Source of the DNA: Candidatus Parcubacteria bacterium
GTDB taxonomy: Bacteria > Patescibacteriota > Patescibacteriia > UBA1558 > GWA2-36-10
Direction: 5' to 3'
Assembly (NCBI GenBank): GCA_018664825.1
Contig: JABJNO010000017.1
Span: 50,743 to 114,742, forward strand
DNA: 64,000 nucleotides
Below the pieces are notes generated by a model. That model was not told the origin of the DNA, made no database searches, and was given only the letters and a program-made list of their open reading frames with translations. Below are positions 34,926-44,417 of this stretch, piece by piece. The number at the start of each line of letters is the position of its first letter. The stretch's first letter is position 1. The translations under genes and the position numbers were made by a program.

Positions 34926-36692
34926 CTAGCGCTTGAGTACAGCAAGATAGGCCTCTTGAGGTATGTCCACCTTGGCTCCTTTGGCCATTTTCTTTTTGCC
35001 TTTTTTCTGTTTTTCCAAAAGTTTACGCTTTCGAGTCACGTCACCACCATACAATTTGGCAGTAACATCCTTTCTGAGGGCAGATATTCTTTCTCCAGCA
35101 ATAATTTTACCTCCTACGGCAGCCTGTAGTTTTACTACAAATTGTTGTTTTGGTAGGACTTCTTTTAACTTTTGGACTATTTTTTTGCCAATTTTGTGAG
35201 CTTGGTCACGATAAACTAGTGTTGTAAGGGCCTCTACGGGATGCTCGGCAACCAAAATGTCCATTTTTACCAAGTCACACTTTCTATAATCCAAAAAATC
35301 ATAGTTTAATGAGGCATATCCCGATGATATGCTCTTTATATTGTCATAAAAATCTACCAAAATAGTAGATAGCGGTATATCGTAGTGTAAAATAACTCTA
35401 TCTTCATCTATATATTCAGTATTTTTGGAAATACCATAATTATCACTAACATATGACATCAAACCACCGATATGTTCTTTTGGTGTGACAATCTCTATTT
35501 TCATATATGGCTCTTCGGCATAGTCTATATTTGAAGGATCAGGCATTTCATTTGGTGTAGTCAGGTCAATGACTTTCTTATTTTGGAGATAAATTTTATA
35601 AGCAACCGTCGGAGTGGTCACTACCAACTCCAAATTAAATTCTCTATTCAATCTTTCTTGAAATATTTCTAAATGTAATAATCCCAAAAAACCACACCTA
35701 AAACCAAAGCCTAGGGCATGAGAACTAGCTGGCTCATAGACTAGACTAGAGTCACTGAGTTTTAATTTTAATATACCATCTCTCAACCTTTGGTAATCAC
35801 TACCTTCTTTGGGAAATATTCCAGCGTATACCATTGGCTTTATTTCTTTATATCCCGGCAACGCAGGTGTGTCACTTTTTACTTGAACAATAGTATCACC
35901 AACTTGAGCTTTTTCTAGATGTTTTACTCCTGTGACAAGATAGCCTATTTCACCATCATTCAAACCATCAGTTGAGTGCCAATCTGGCTTGAGGATGCCT
36001 ACATCCAAAACTTCTGTGATTTCTTCGGTAGCTACAAATTTTATTTTGTCACCTTTTTTTATTTGTCCACCAAAAAGTCTGACATATATAACAACTCCTC
36101 TAAACTCATCATAAGTAGAATCAAAGATCAGGGCTCGCAGATCTTCATTTTCTTTTTTTGGAGCTGGTACTTTTTCGACAACTGCATCCAAAACATCTTC
36201 TATCCCCTCACCTGTTTTGGCAGAGGTCAATATAATCTCTTTTTCTTCACAGCCCAAGAGATTTACAATTTCAGTACTTACTTTTTCCACATTGGCTGCG
36301 GGTAGGTCAATTTTGTTTATAACAGGGATTATTTTTAAATTTTGTTCCATCGCCAAGTATAGGTTTGCCAATGTTTGAGCTTCTATACCTTGGGTAGCAT
36401 CAACCAGAAGTATAGCACCCTCTACAGCAGCTAGAGATCTAGATACTTCATAGCTAAAATCAACATGTCCAGGGGTATCGATAAGGTTCAATGAAAAATC
36501 ACGCCACTTCATAGTAGCGGGTTGTAATTTTATGGTAATTCCTCTTTCTCGTTCCAAATCCATTTGATCCAAGATTTGGTTTTTCATTTTTCTTTTGTCG
36601 ATAGTATTGGTTACTTCCAACATTCTATCAGCTAAAGTAGATTTACCATGATCTATATGAGCGATGATGCAAAAATTACGTGTTTTTTCCAT
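34926..36692 (-). CDS. lepA: Elongation factor 4 (LepA)
   Basis: NFCIIAHIDHGKSTLADR, DTPGH and the LepA-specific C-terminal domain. Confidence 0.95.
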   Translation of the reverse strand: MEKTRNFCIIAHIDHGKSTLADRMLEVTNTIDKRKMKNQILDQMDLERERGITIKLQPATMKWRDFSLNLIDTPGHVDFSYEVSRSLAAVEGAILLVDATQGIEAQTLANLYLAMEQNLKIIPVINKIDLPAANVEKVSTEIVNLLGCEEKEIILTSAKTGEGIEDVLDAVVEKVPAPKKENEDLRALIFDSTYDEFRGVVIYVRLFGGQIKKGDKIKFVATEEITEVLDVGILKPDWHSTDGLNDGEIGYLVTGVKHLEKAQVGDTIVQVKSDTPALPGYKEIKPMVYAGIFPKEGSDYQRLRDGILKLKLSDSSLVYEPASSHALGFGFRCGFLGLLHLEIFQERLNREFNLELVVTTPTVAYKIYLQNKKVIDLTTPNEMPDPSNIDYAEEPYMKIEIVTPKEHIGGLMSYVSDNYGISKNTEYIDEDRVILHYDIPLSTILVDFYDNIKSISSGYASLNYDFLDYRKCDLVKMDILVAEHPVEALTTLVYRDQAHKIGKKIVQKLKEVLPKQQFVVKLQAAVGGKIIAGERISALRKDVTAKLYGGDVTRKRKLLEKQKKGKKKMAKGAKVDIPQEAYLAVLKR

Positions 36693-38265
36693 TTTTAAAT
36701 AATAATAATACCTTTTTCAACTTAGTACGCACTATAGCTATTTCATCGAGTTTAAATACTATAGCTAAAACAAGATAACTTAGCAAGCCAAATATTCCAG
36801 CTACAAAACCTTGGGTAAAGATGCTTATAAAAGTATCAGTGGTCATTACCAGAGATAGATAATATAAAACTGCATAAGTGACAGAACCTGAAGCAAAGGA
36901 GAACACGCAGATTTTTATCAGAGAGTTAAAAATTTTATTGTTATCAATAGTTTTTATTTTGAAATTTAAGAATACATACAATAAAAGCATATTTATAATA
37001 CTAGATATAGAGAAAGCTAGGGCTAATCCCAAAACACCAAAAGTCTGAGCCAAGAGCCAAGATAATAATATATTTAAAGATATACTAAATAGACTTATCA
37101 TCATTGGTGTTTTTGTATCTTCGTGAGCATAAAAAGATCGAGCTAGTAAGGGAATCAAGCCTTGGGCAAATATAGATATAGCAAAAAACCCCAAGGCTTG
37201 TGCTGTAGCTATTGTACTTGGCCAGTCAAATTTTCCACTACCCAGTATGACACGAACCAATTGGGCTCTCAGTATTACTACCCATACAGAGACTGGAATC
37301 AAGAGAAATAAGATTCTGCGTAGGCTGATAGAAAAATTTTCCGCAAACATCTTTGTATTTTTTTCACTGACAGCTTGAGTAAAAGTTGGAAATACAGCGA
37401 TTGCCAAAGAGATTGCAAACAAACTAACAGGTAAGCTCTGTAAGTTGTTGGCTAGATTAAACACAGCAATACTACCAGCTGCCAAAGTAGAAGCAATCAT
37501 AGTAGTAACCACGAGGTTTATTTGACCAGCTGCCAAACCAAGGGTGCGAGGTAACATTAGTTTTAAGATTCGCCGTAAATTTTTGTCAAAACGAAGGGAT
37601 AGCCTATAACGCCATCCATTTTTGATGACTTCCGGAAGTTGAACCAAAAGATGCATCACTGCACCAGCTACAACCCCCCAGGCCAAGCCAACTAAACCCA
37701 TCCTTGGTTCTAGAACTACAATACCAAAAATAATACCTATATTATAAAAACTAGCAGCCATGGAAAAAGTAAAAAACTTTTTCCATGAATTTAAGATACC
37801 ACCAATTACATTTGATCCCACAAAAAACAATATTGCCAAGAGCATCACCCTGGTAAGCAAAATAACCTTTGGTAATTGTTCGTTATCAAAACCAGGGGTG
37901 ATATAAGCCATTAATTGCGGAGTATAGAAGTAAGCTATTATTACTAATGCGCCTATAAATAATAAAAAGAAATTTAAGACTGAATTAGCCAGTATTAGGC
38001 CATCTTTTTTGTCTTTGGACCAAGCTTTTTGAAAAACAGGGATAAAGGCTGAGGTCAAAGCACCTAAAACCAATGTATTGAATATCAAGTCAGGTAGACG
38101 AAAAGCAGAATAATAAATATCTGCATCAGATCCGGCACCAAAGTTGTGAGCAATCAATCTATCTCTCAATAAAGCAAATATCTTTGATAAAAATGAAAAA
38201 AAGGCTATGATAAGAGCCCCTCCGGTAACTGAATTATTTATTTTGTGCCACACTTTTTGCCACAT
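36676..38265 (-). CDS. murJ: Lipid II flippase MurJ (MviN)
   Basis: 14 transmembrane helices with the conserved SAFIPVF and RDxxIAxxFG N-terminal motifs. Confidence 0.85.
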   Translation of the reverse strand: MWQKVWHKINNSVTGGALIIAFFSFLSKIFALLRDRLIAHNFGAGSDADIYYSAFRLPDLIFNTLVLGALTSAFIPVFQKAWSKDKKDGLILANSVLNFFLLFIGALVIIAYFYTPQLMAYITPGFDNEQLPKVILLTRVMLLAILFFVGSNVIGGILNSWKKFFTFSMAASFYNIGIIFGIVVLEPRMGLVGLAWGVVAGAVMHLLVQLPEVIKNGWRYRLSLRFDKNLRRILKLMLPRTLGLAAGQINLVVTTMIASTLAAGSIAVFNLANNLQSLPVSLFAISLAIAVFPTFTQAVSEKNTKMFAENFSISLRRILFLLIPVSVWVVILRAQLVRVILGSGKFDWPSTIATAQALGFFAISIFAQGLIPLLARSFYAHEDTKTPMMISLFSISLNILLSWLLAQTFGVLGLALAFSISSIINMLLLYVFLNFKIKTIDNNKIFNSLIKICVFSFASGSVTYAVLYYLSLVMTTDTFISIFTQGFVAGIFGLLSYLVLAIVFKLDEIAIVRTKLKKVLLLFKNGKNT

Positions 38266-38270
38266 AGATA

Positions 38271-40742
38271 TTATTTAGAGGAAATTATAAAACCATAATA
38301 TTGATCGCTAAATAAATTAACACTAAAAGTTACCAAATGATCAGTCACGCTGATTTGATCTTCCTCGGTAGCATTGTTCCATAAGACCTTTAGGCTGTCT
38401 GGTACAATCACCGATGAATTTAGAATTGTATTTTTATCTCCAGATTGAGACTGTACAACTAAACTATAATTATCAAGCTCTAAATCATGTCTAAAAATTT
38501 TACTTGCCCAATCATTTATTAGCGGATCTTTTGATTTGAGAGTAAATGGAAGTTTGTATTTCAATAAGACAGTTTGAGTTTCGCCGGGTTTGAGAGCAAC
38601 CCAGTTGGCGAAAACTGTTTTATCGAGGCTAGTAAAAATTTCTGTCCCTGATTCTCCATCAATCATTTTATTTTCTTCTTTGGAAATATCTGGATCAAGT
38701 TTGGCATTTGCTTCTGGACTTTTAAACAAATAGCTTGGCATTTTATCAAAACCAATAGCTTCTATGAGCTCACTATTTAGAGGGACATAAATTCGCATAT
38801 AACTTACGTTGCCACCCTCAAACCCAGCCAATGGGTTGTTGGAATCACCTTTATTTGTTCTAGTGATACGTACAGTGTTTATAACCTCGCCATTTTCTTG
38901 GATATTGGCCTGATGATCAATAGTTTGGAAAACATCTAGATCAGTTTTACCGCCAGCAATATTTGTGTTTATAACAGACAAATAATCACGATCATTTGCT
39001 ACCATACGACCTGACCAGCCAAAACTGTCAATTTTCTTTTCCATATCAACATCATTGGAATATATTTGGATATCTTTATCCATCAAGCTACTAATAAAAA
39101 CAGCCAAAATATCTTTTTGTTTTTCTTTTGAATTGAATAATTTATCCAAAACAACAGGTACCAAATCAGCGATTATTGCTTTTGGTTCGTCTTCATTTTT
39201 ATAATTGAATTCTACTTCTTCTTGAAGTACATCAAACAAATTTAAAGAGGTTATTGTTATGCCATATTCAGGCATAGAGACGGGGCCTAGGGTTTCTAAC
39301 AAATTTTTCAAAACTTCTGCATTGATACTAATCACTCCATTGACCGAAGAACCACCAGCTTGTTCGTATAGAGTTTCTATTTTTTTGGCAGAAGTAGGAT
39401 AATCAGCCCACCAGTTTGCATCCCAAATATTAAAATGAGGGTTTATCAAAGATAGTGGCTTTGGTCCTATTGTTTTATACTTTTGACCTGCTTCTAGGTC
39501 ATACAAGCCACCTTTTAGGGTTTCAATGTCTAAAATTTCGCCTTTATATATATCAATTAGAGAAAAACTACCAATAAATCCACCAGTTGCTCGAAGCTCG
39601 TTGTTGTTTTGAAATAAAACCAAATATCTTCTTTCAGCATCGTTGCCCAGCATCTGAAGTAACACTTCAAACATGTCATTTACCGAGTGCAGATTTTGAG
39701 TTAGTTCTGGTAGAGAAGCTTTTAGGTTATCAAAATATATTCTAAACTCATCAGGTAAGGCGTTGGTAGATATTTTTTGAATATCTGCATTTGCTTGATC
39801 AAGGTATGGGATGGTCTTGTTTATCTGAATATGTAAAAAATCTATATGCTCTGTCAGACGAGCATCTGATTTTAAACTTTCGTTCAAGATACTAGCAGCT
39901 TCTGATATATTTGTAGCTACTGCTAGCATGTTGCGACTCAGAGAAATTGGTTTTCCAACCATTGGCATGACTTCGGCAGTATCAAGTATCCATTGTTCGT
40001 ATTCATCTAGGACACCCTGAGCATCGTTAAAATTTGTAAGCGCTTTATCAAATTCACCCTGAGCATCATCATATGAATTTTCAGAAGCAGACAAAACACC
40101 AGCCTGCAAACTGAGTAATCCCTGTTGGCCGTATTGGATGGCTAGATTTTTGTGATCTTGGATTTTTCCAAAAAATACTAATCCTCGAATTGGTAACAAA
40201 ATCAAAGCTACTATGATAGCAAATAAAAATGACTTACTAAAAGCCAAACCAAGAGAAAGCTTTGGTAGTTTGGGTAATTTTGGAATTTTTAGGTTTATAG
40301 ACTTTTTAGGTTTGGATTCTTTTGGTGGTATATATAGTTCAGGTTCAATAAAATTTGTCTCTACTTTTTCCTTCTTTGAATGCTTTCCAAATTTAGGTAG
40401 TTGAAATTTCTTTTTTGGTTTTTGTTGAGACCCACGTAGATCAACTACATGTTCAGAAGTATAAACATTGGCGGCCTTGGTATACTCTACTGGAGGGGAT
40501 ATCTTTTTTATTTTTTGAGTAGTCTTTAAAGTATCTTTTGTGTCTTTTTTTATGGTTCGTAATATTTGAGAAAAACTCAAATCCTGCTTGATTAGTTTAT
40601 CAAGTTCAGCCAAAGCTTTTTGTCTCTGCCCCTTAATCTCTTGAGCTGATAAATTTTCATCAACCAAAAAATCGTCTATTTCATCTAGAAGCTCTTCTTT
40701 GAAATTAGCAGTACTATTTTTGATTTTTTTACCTGTCGACAT
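38271..40742 (-). CDS. DUF4012 domain membrane protein (cell-envelope associated)
   Basis: A transmembrane helix followed by RYLVLFQNNNELRATGGFIGSF, the DUF4012 signature; 823 aa; adjacent to the glycosyltransferase cluster. Confidence 0.7.
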   Translation of the reverse strand: MSTGKKIKNSTANFKEELLDEIDDFLVDENLSAQEIKGQRQKALAELDKLIKQDLSFSQILRTIKKDTKDTLKTTQKIKKISPPVEYTKAANVYTSEHVVDLRGSQQKPKKKFQLPKFGKHSKKEKVETNFIEPELYIPPKESKPKKSINLKIPKLPKLPKLSLGLAFSKSFLFAIIVALILLPIRGLVFFGKIQDHKNLAIQYGQQGLLSLQAGVLSASENSYDDAQGEFDKALTNFNDAQGVLDEYEQWILDTAEVMPMVGKPISLSRNMLAVATNISEAASILNESLKSDARLTEHIDFLHIQINKTIPYLDQANADIQKISTNALPDEFRIYFDNLKASLPELTQNLHSVNDMFEVLLQMLGNDAERRYLVLFQNNNELRATGGFIGSFSLIDIYKGEILDIETLKGGLYDLEAGQKYKTIGPKPLSLINPHFNIWDANWWADYPTSAKKIETLYEQAGGSSVNGVISINAEVLKNLLETLGPVSMPEYGITITSLNLFDVLQEEVEFNYKNEDEPKAIIADLVPVVLDKLFNSKEKQKDILAVFISSLMDKDIQIYSNDVDMEKKIDSFGWSGRMVANDRDYLSVINTNIAGGKTDLDVFQTIDHQANIQENGEVINTVRITRTNKGDSNNPLAGFEGGNVSYMRIYVPLNSELIEAIGFDKMPSYLFKSPEANAKLDPDISKEENKMIDGESGTEIFTSLDKTVFANWVALKPGETQTVLLKYKLPFTLKSKDPLINDWASKIFRHDLELDNYSLVVQSQSGDKNTILNSSVIVPDSLKVLWNNATEEDQISVTDHLVTFSVNLFSDQYYGFIISSK

Positions 40743-40780
40743 CTCGTATATTATAACAGATTTTTACAGAAATTAAAACA

Positions 40781-41095
40781 AAAAAATAGAGGGATACATT
40801 GCTGTACCCCTCCGTGAATGATTGATCTTTGACGATCGAACGAAATGGAATGAACTTTTGTGGAAAAATCGTGAAACTGAGCACCTTGCCAGTCTCCCGC
40901 CTATGGGGAGGAAAAGGATCGAACTTTTCGGCGCTTTGGGGAGCCAACCCAACAGATAGTCCAAAGACTAATTAGCCAGCACACTAGCCGTTTCTCCGAT
41001 ACAGGTCAACGGTTTCCGGTTGCCTACAGTAACCCACCCTTATTCACCCACGACTTCAGATAGGTTAATCTAATACTAGCGTATATTAAAAAAAT
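40781..41095 (-). ncRNA. Unassigned GC-rich structured RNA candidate (leader or sRNA) with a terminator at its 3' end
   Basis: About 50% GC against about 33% in the flanks. An extended palindromic hairpin GCGCCGAAAAG-UUCGAUC-CUUUUC..CUCCCCAUAGGCGG contains a T-loop-like GUUCGAUCC. The 3' end is GGAGGGGUACAGCAAUGUAUCCCUC followed by U7. No ORF is present. Confidence 0.3.
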
Positions 41096-41101
41096 CGTCA
41101 A

Positions 41102-42193
41102 TTACTTTTGTGAGTTATATATGTCCAATATAGCCCTTCCCATGGTGTCCCAAGAGTATTTTTTTAGCTGATTTTGGCCATTTTTTGCCAATATTTCAGC
41201 TAATTCAGGGGTTTTTATGAGCTCTTCTAGCTTATTCTGTAGATCTCCCTTATCTTTGGGGTCAAAATATAGCACAGATTGCCCCAATATCTCTGGTAAA
41301 CAAGAAGAATTTGAGGAAATTACAGGTGTACCATGGGTCATTGCCTCGAGTGGTGGCAATCCAAAACCTTCATAGAGTGAAGGGAAGACATAGGCAGTGG
41401 CATTTTTATAATAGCTAGAGATTTGATCATCTGGAACAAATCCAGGAAAAATTATATTTTGACAATTCGTTTCATTTTCTAATCTTTGATAAAAATAATT
41501 TTTATTACCAACCAAAATCAGATAGTACTCTGGATATTTTTTTATGAACTCCTCAAAAACTTTTATCAAGAATTCTAAATTTTTATGAGGATAAGCATTG
41601 CCTACATAAAGAAAGTAATTTTTTGGCAGGTCTACCATAGCATCATCAGAAGTTTTTACTATAGTGACGCCTTCATAAATAGTTTTTATTTTTTCAGACT
41701 CTTTATCTGAAAGTTTAAAATAATTTTTGATATCAGTTGCGGTAAATTTTGAAACAGCAATTATTTTTGTAGATTTTTTGACAGCATAAGTAATCACTTT
41801 TTTGTAAAACCAATATTTGATAAAAAAGAAATATTTATTTAGAGTACTTGCTCGCTTGCTGGGAAATTTTGTCATTATCAAGTCATGGATAGTAACGATA
41901 AATTTTCCTTTATAAAATATCGGTACATTGAAATGAGGAAAATGGACCAAGTCAGCATTTATTTTATTCAAGATCCCCGGTAAAACAAGTTGTTCTTTGA
42001 TGCTGTACCAACGACAGTCTACTATCTCAACAGCAAAATTATTCGGCAAATCTATCTTTGGGTTTTTTCTAAACAACAAAACATATTGATTTTGTGAATC
42101 AAGTTTTATGAGTTGGTCCAAAAGTTGTTGGTTGTACCTGCCTAAGCCACCATACTTTGGTCCGTATATTCGTAAATCAATAACAATCTTCAT
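41102..42193 (-). CDS. Glycosyltransferase family 4 (GT-B)
   Basis: EGFGLPPLEAM...PVISS motif. Confidence 0.8.
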   Translation of the reverse strand: MKIVIDLRIYGPKYGGLGRYNQQLLDQLIKLDSQNQYVLLFRKNPKIDLPNNFAVEIVDCRWYSIKEQLVLPGILNKINADLVHFPHFNVPIFYKGKFIVTIHDLIMTKFPSKRASTLNKYFFFIKYWFYKKVITYAVKKSTKIIAVSKFTATDIKNYFKLSDKESEKIKTIYEGVTIVKTSDDAMVDLPKNYFLYVGNAYPHKNLEFLIKVFEEFIKKYPEYYLILVGNKNYFYQRLENETNCQNIIFPGFVPDDQISSYYKNATAYVFPSLYEGFGLPPLEAMTHGTPVISSNSSCLPEILGQSVLYFDPKDKGDLQNKLEELIKTPELAEILAKNGQNQLKKYSWDTMGRAILDIYNSQK

Positions 42194-43311
42194 TTAGTTG
42201 TATTTTCAAAAATATTAAGTATTTTTTGAGTCTGTTTGGTCCAATTGGGTATTTCAAATTCTTTTGAGGACTCTATCAAGTCTTTTTTTAATGTATCATC
42301 ACAAACAAGTAATTTCAAGGCTTGATAGGTATCGGAAGTATTATAAGGATCAACATACAGTGCTTGCTGTTTCATTATTTCAGGCAAAGAGGTCTTGTAA
42401 CTTGCTATTACTGGTATTCCATGAAAAGTAGCTTCTAGTGGTGGAAAACCAAAGCCTTCATAAAAAGATGGCCAAATCAGTCCTTGGCTCATACAATACA
42501 AGGCGTCTTTTTCAGAACCTCTTACATAATCAAGATAATGAATATAACTTTTGGTATTTATCATCTTCATAATACCTTTGTATAACCATCCCTTACTACC
42601 AACAATTACCAGGTCAATGTCTTTGTGTTCTTTGTGTAGTCTATCAAAAGCTTTGATAATGTTCAAAATATTCTTTCTAGGCTCTATGGTACCCACGTAT
42701 AAAAAATATTTATTCTTTATATCAAATTTTTCAATAATTTTTTCAGCGGCTTCTTTATCTATTTTTGTGGCTGATGTTCCAGGATAAATTACTTCTACCT
42801 TGTCTTTTGGTACAGAAAAAAATCTTACAATATCTCTTTTTGTATTATCAGAAACAGCGATTATTTTGTCAGCCTGTTTGACCAGGCTATGTACTTTGAC
42901 CAACTTGTGCCAAAGTCTACGTTTTAGAGAATAAAATTCAGTGTTATGCAAAAAAGATAAGTCATGAATAGTTAGTATGGTGGGTATGTTTTTGTTGGAT
43001 TTATAAAAATTGAGGTTTGGCAACCAAAATAAATCTAGCTTTACTGGTGTTTTATTTGTAACATTGGGCCCAAGACCAGTCAAAATACCTCCATGCAAAA
43101 ATTTGTTGGGTATTTTGTAGTGAATATGATGCACATTGTCTTTTTTGATATCAAACCAAGTGCTAACGGTATCTCTATATCCAGAACTAAAAAGATAATA
43201 ATTATTTCTATTATCAATTTGTGCCAAAGTTTTTACAGAATTATAAATATAATTACCAATTCCACTCATTTGGCTATTTGATAAAGCCCTGATGTCGATA
43301 CCTATATTCAT
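42190..43311 (-). CDS. Glycosyltransferase family 4 (GT-B)
   Basis: EGFGFPPLEATFHGIPVIAS; 4-nt overlap with the downstream glycosyltransferase. Confidence 0.8.
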   Translation of the reverse strand: MNIGIDIRALSNSQMSGIGNYIYNSVKTLAQIDNRNNYYLFSSGYRDTVSTWFDIKKDNVHHIHYKIPNKFLHGGILTGLGPNVTNKTPVKLDLFWLPNLNFYKSNKNIPTILTIHDLSFLHNTEFYSLKRRLWHKLVKVHSLVKQADKIIAVSDNTKRDIVRFFSVPKDKVEVIYPGTSATKIDKEAAEKIIEKFDIKNKYFLYVGTIEPRKNILNIIKAFDRLHKEHKDIDLVIVGSKGWLYKGIMKMINTKSYIHYLDYVRGSEKDALYCMSQGLIWPSFYEGFGFPPLEATFHGIPVIASYKTSLPEIMKQQALYVDPYNTSDTYQALKLLVCDDTLKKDLIESSKEFEIPNWTKQTQKILNIFENTTK

Positions 43312-43316
43312 CCTTA

Positions 43317-44417
43317 TTAAATATTATTTATAAGTTCTAATACTTTTTGCCTAAACACTTTTTCATCAAATTTTTTGGCGTGTTCACGAATGTTAATAGA
43401 ATTATAATTTTTATTATCAAATCTCAAAATTTTGTGAGCCAATGATTCCCAGGTCTGTTCATCAAAAAAAGTACCACTCAATCCCTCAACCACAGTTTCT
43501 AGGGCTCCACCTTTTTTCAAAGCTATTACTGGCCTACCAGAAGCCATGGCCTCGATGGCAGTGATGCCAAAATCTTCTATTTGTGGATATATAAAAGCTT
43601 TGCAACGAGCAAGGTATCGGTTTCTTTCTTCGTCTGATATTTCACCCAAAAATTCTATATTAGAATGAGCTAGTTTTTTTAATCTGCTCATTTCAGAGCC
43701 ACTACCTATTATCTTGAGTGGAAGTTTTAGATTGTTGAATGCATGGATAGCCATATCAACTTTTTTGTACGGCCTCAAACGACTGACCAACAAATAATAG
43801 TCCTCTATTTCATTAGAAATATGAAAATCATCTACATTAACGGGTGGATATATTACCTGGGCATCTTTTTTGTAATGTTTGGCTATCTTTTTGGCAATAA
43901 AATTTGAGTTGGCAATAAAATGATCCACATTTTGGGCTTTGTCATAATCCCATTGTTGTAATCTATCTAATAAACGAGGTAAAAAAGTTTTCAAAAACTT
44001 TCCCTCTGGCAAATTACCGATATATTCTTCTTGATCATCCCAAAGATATCTAGTTGGAGCATGGCAATAACATATATGGACAGCGCCTTCTTTTTTGTTT
44101 AGACCTTTTACAAAAGCAGACGAAGAACTAATAATCAGATCGTAGTCATCAAAATTTATCGCTTCCCAAGCTTTGGGCATAGATAACAAAAAATATCTAA
44201 ACATTTTGTTGATTAACGGGATTTTTTGAAGGTAAGAAGTGTATATTTTGTCCTGATCCAAAATTTGTTTGGTAATCTTTGGATTGTTTATCAATGTAAA
44301 AATAGGTGCTGTTTTGTCTAAAGATGCCAATACAACCAAGACTCTTTCTGCACCACCAATTTGAAACAAATGATCATGAGCAAGGGCAATTTTTTGCATA
44401 TTATGTTTGATCATCAC
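43317..44417 (-). CDS. Glycosyltransferase family 4 (GT-B)
   Basis: EDFGITAIEAMASGRPVIAL. Confidence 0.8.
   Translation of the reverse strand: MMIKHNMQKIALAHDHLFQIGGAERVLVVLASLDKTAPIFTLINNPKITKQILDQDKIYTSYLQKIPLINKMFRYFLLSMPKAWEAINFDDYDLIISSSSAFVKGLNKKEGAVHICYCHAPTRYLWDDQEEYIGNLPEGKFLKTFLPRLLDRLQQWDYDKAQNVDHFIANSNFIAKKIAKHYKKDAQVIYPPVNVDDFHISNEIEDYYLLVSRLRPYKKVDMAIHAFNNLKLPLKIIGSGSEMSRLKKLAHSNIEFLGEISDEERNRYLARCKAFIYPQIEDFGITAIEAMASGRPVIALKKGGALETVVEGLSGTFFDEQTWESLAHKILRFDNKNYNSINIREHAKKFDEKVFRQKVLELINNI

Noticed and set aside
40781-41095. tmRNA (ssrA), including circularly permuted or two-piece arrangements
   Set aside because: The palindromic core can be read as a tmRNA 5' end on the plus strand (GGGGAGG-AAAAGGAUCGAAC) or as a 3' T-arm plus acceptor on the minus strand (GUUCGAUCC...CCUCCCCA). 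In neither orientation is there a matching partner acceptor strand, a resume codon and tag ORF ending in an AA stop, or a second T-loop within reach. The plus-strand reading would run into the convergent glycosyltransferase gene without producing a 3' CCA.
40781-41095. T-box leader or SRP RNA
   Set aside because: AAUAAGGGUGGG resembles the T-box AGGGUGG motif but lies about 240 nt upstream of the terminator rather than overlapping it, and the downstream gene is not an aminoacyl-tRNA or amino-acid gene. The GAAA-capped hairpin lacks the conserved SRP domain IV AGCA/GGAA internal-loop nucleotides.
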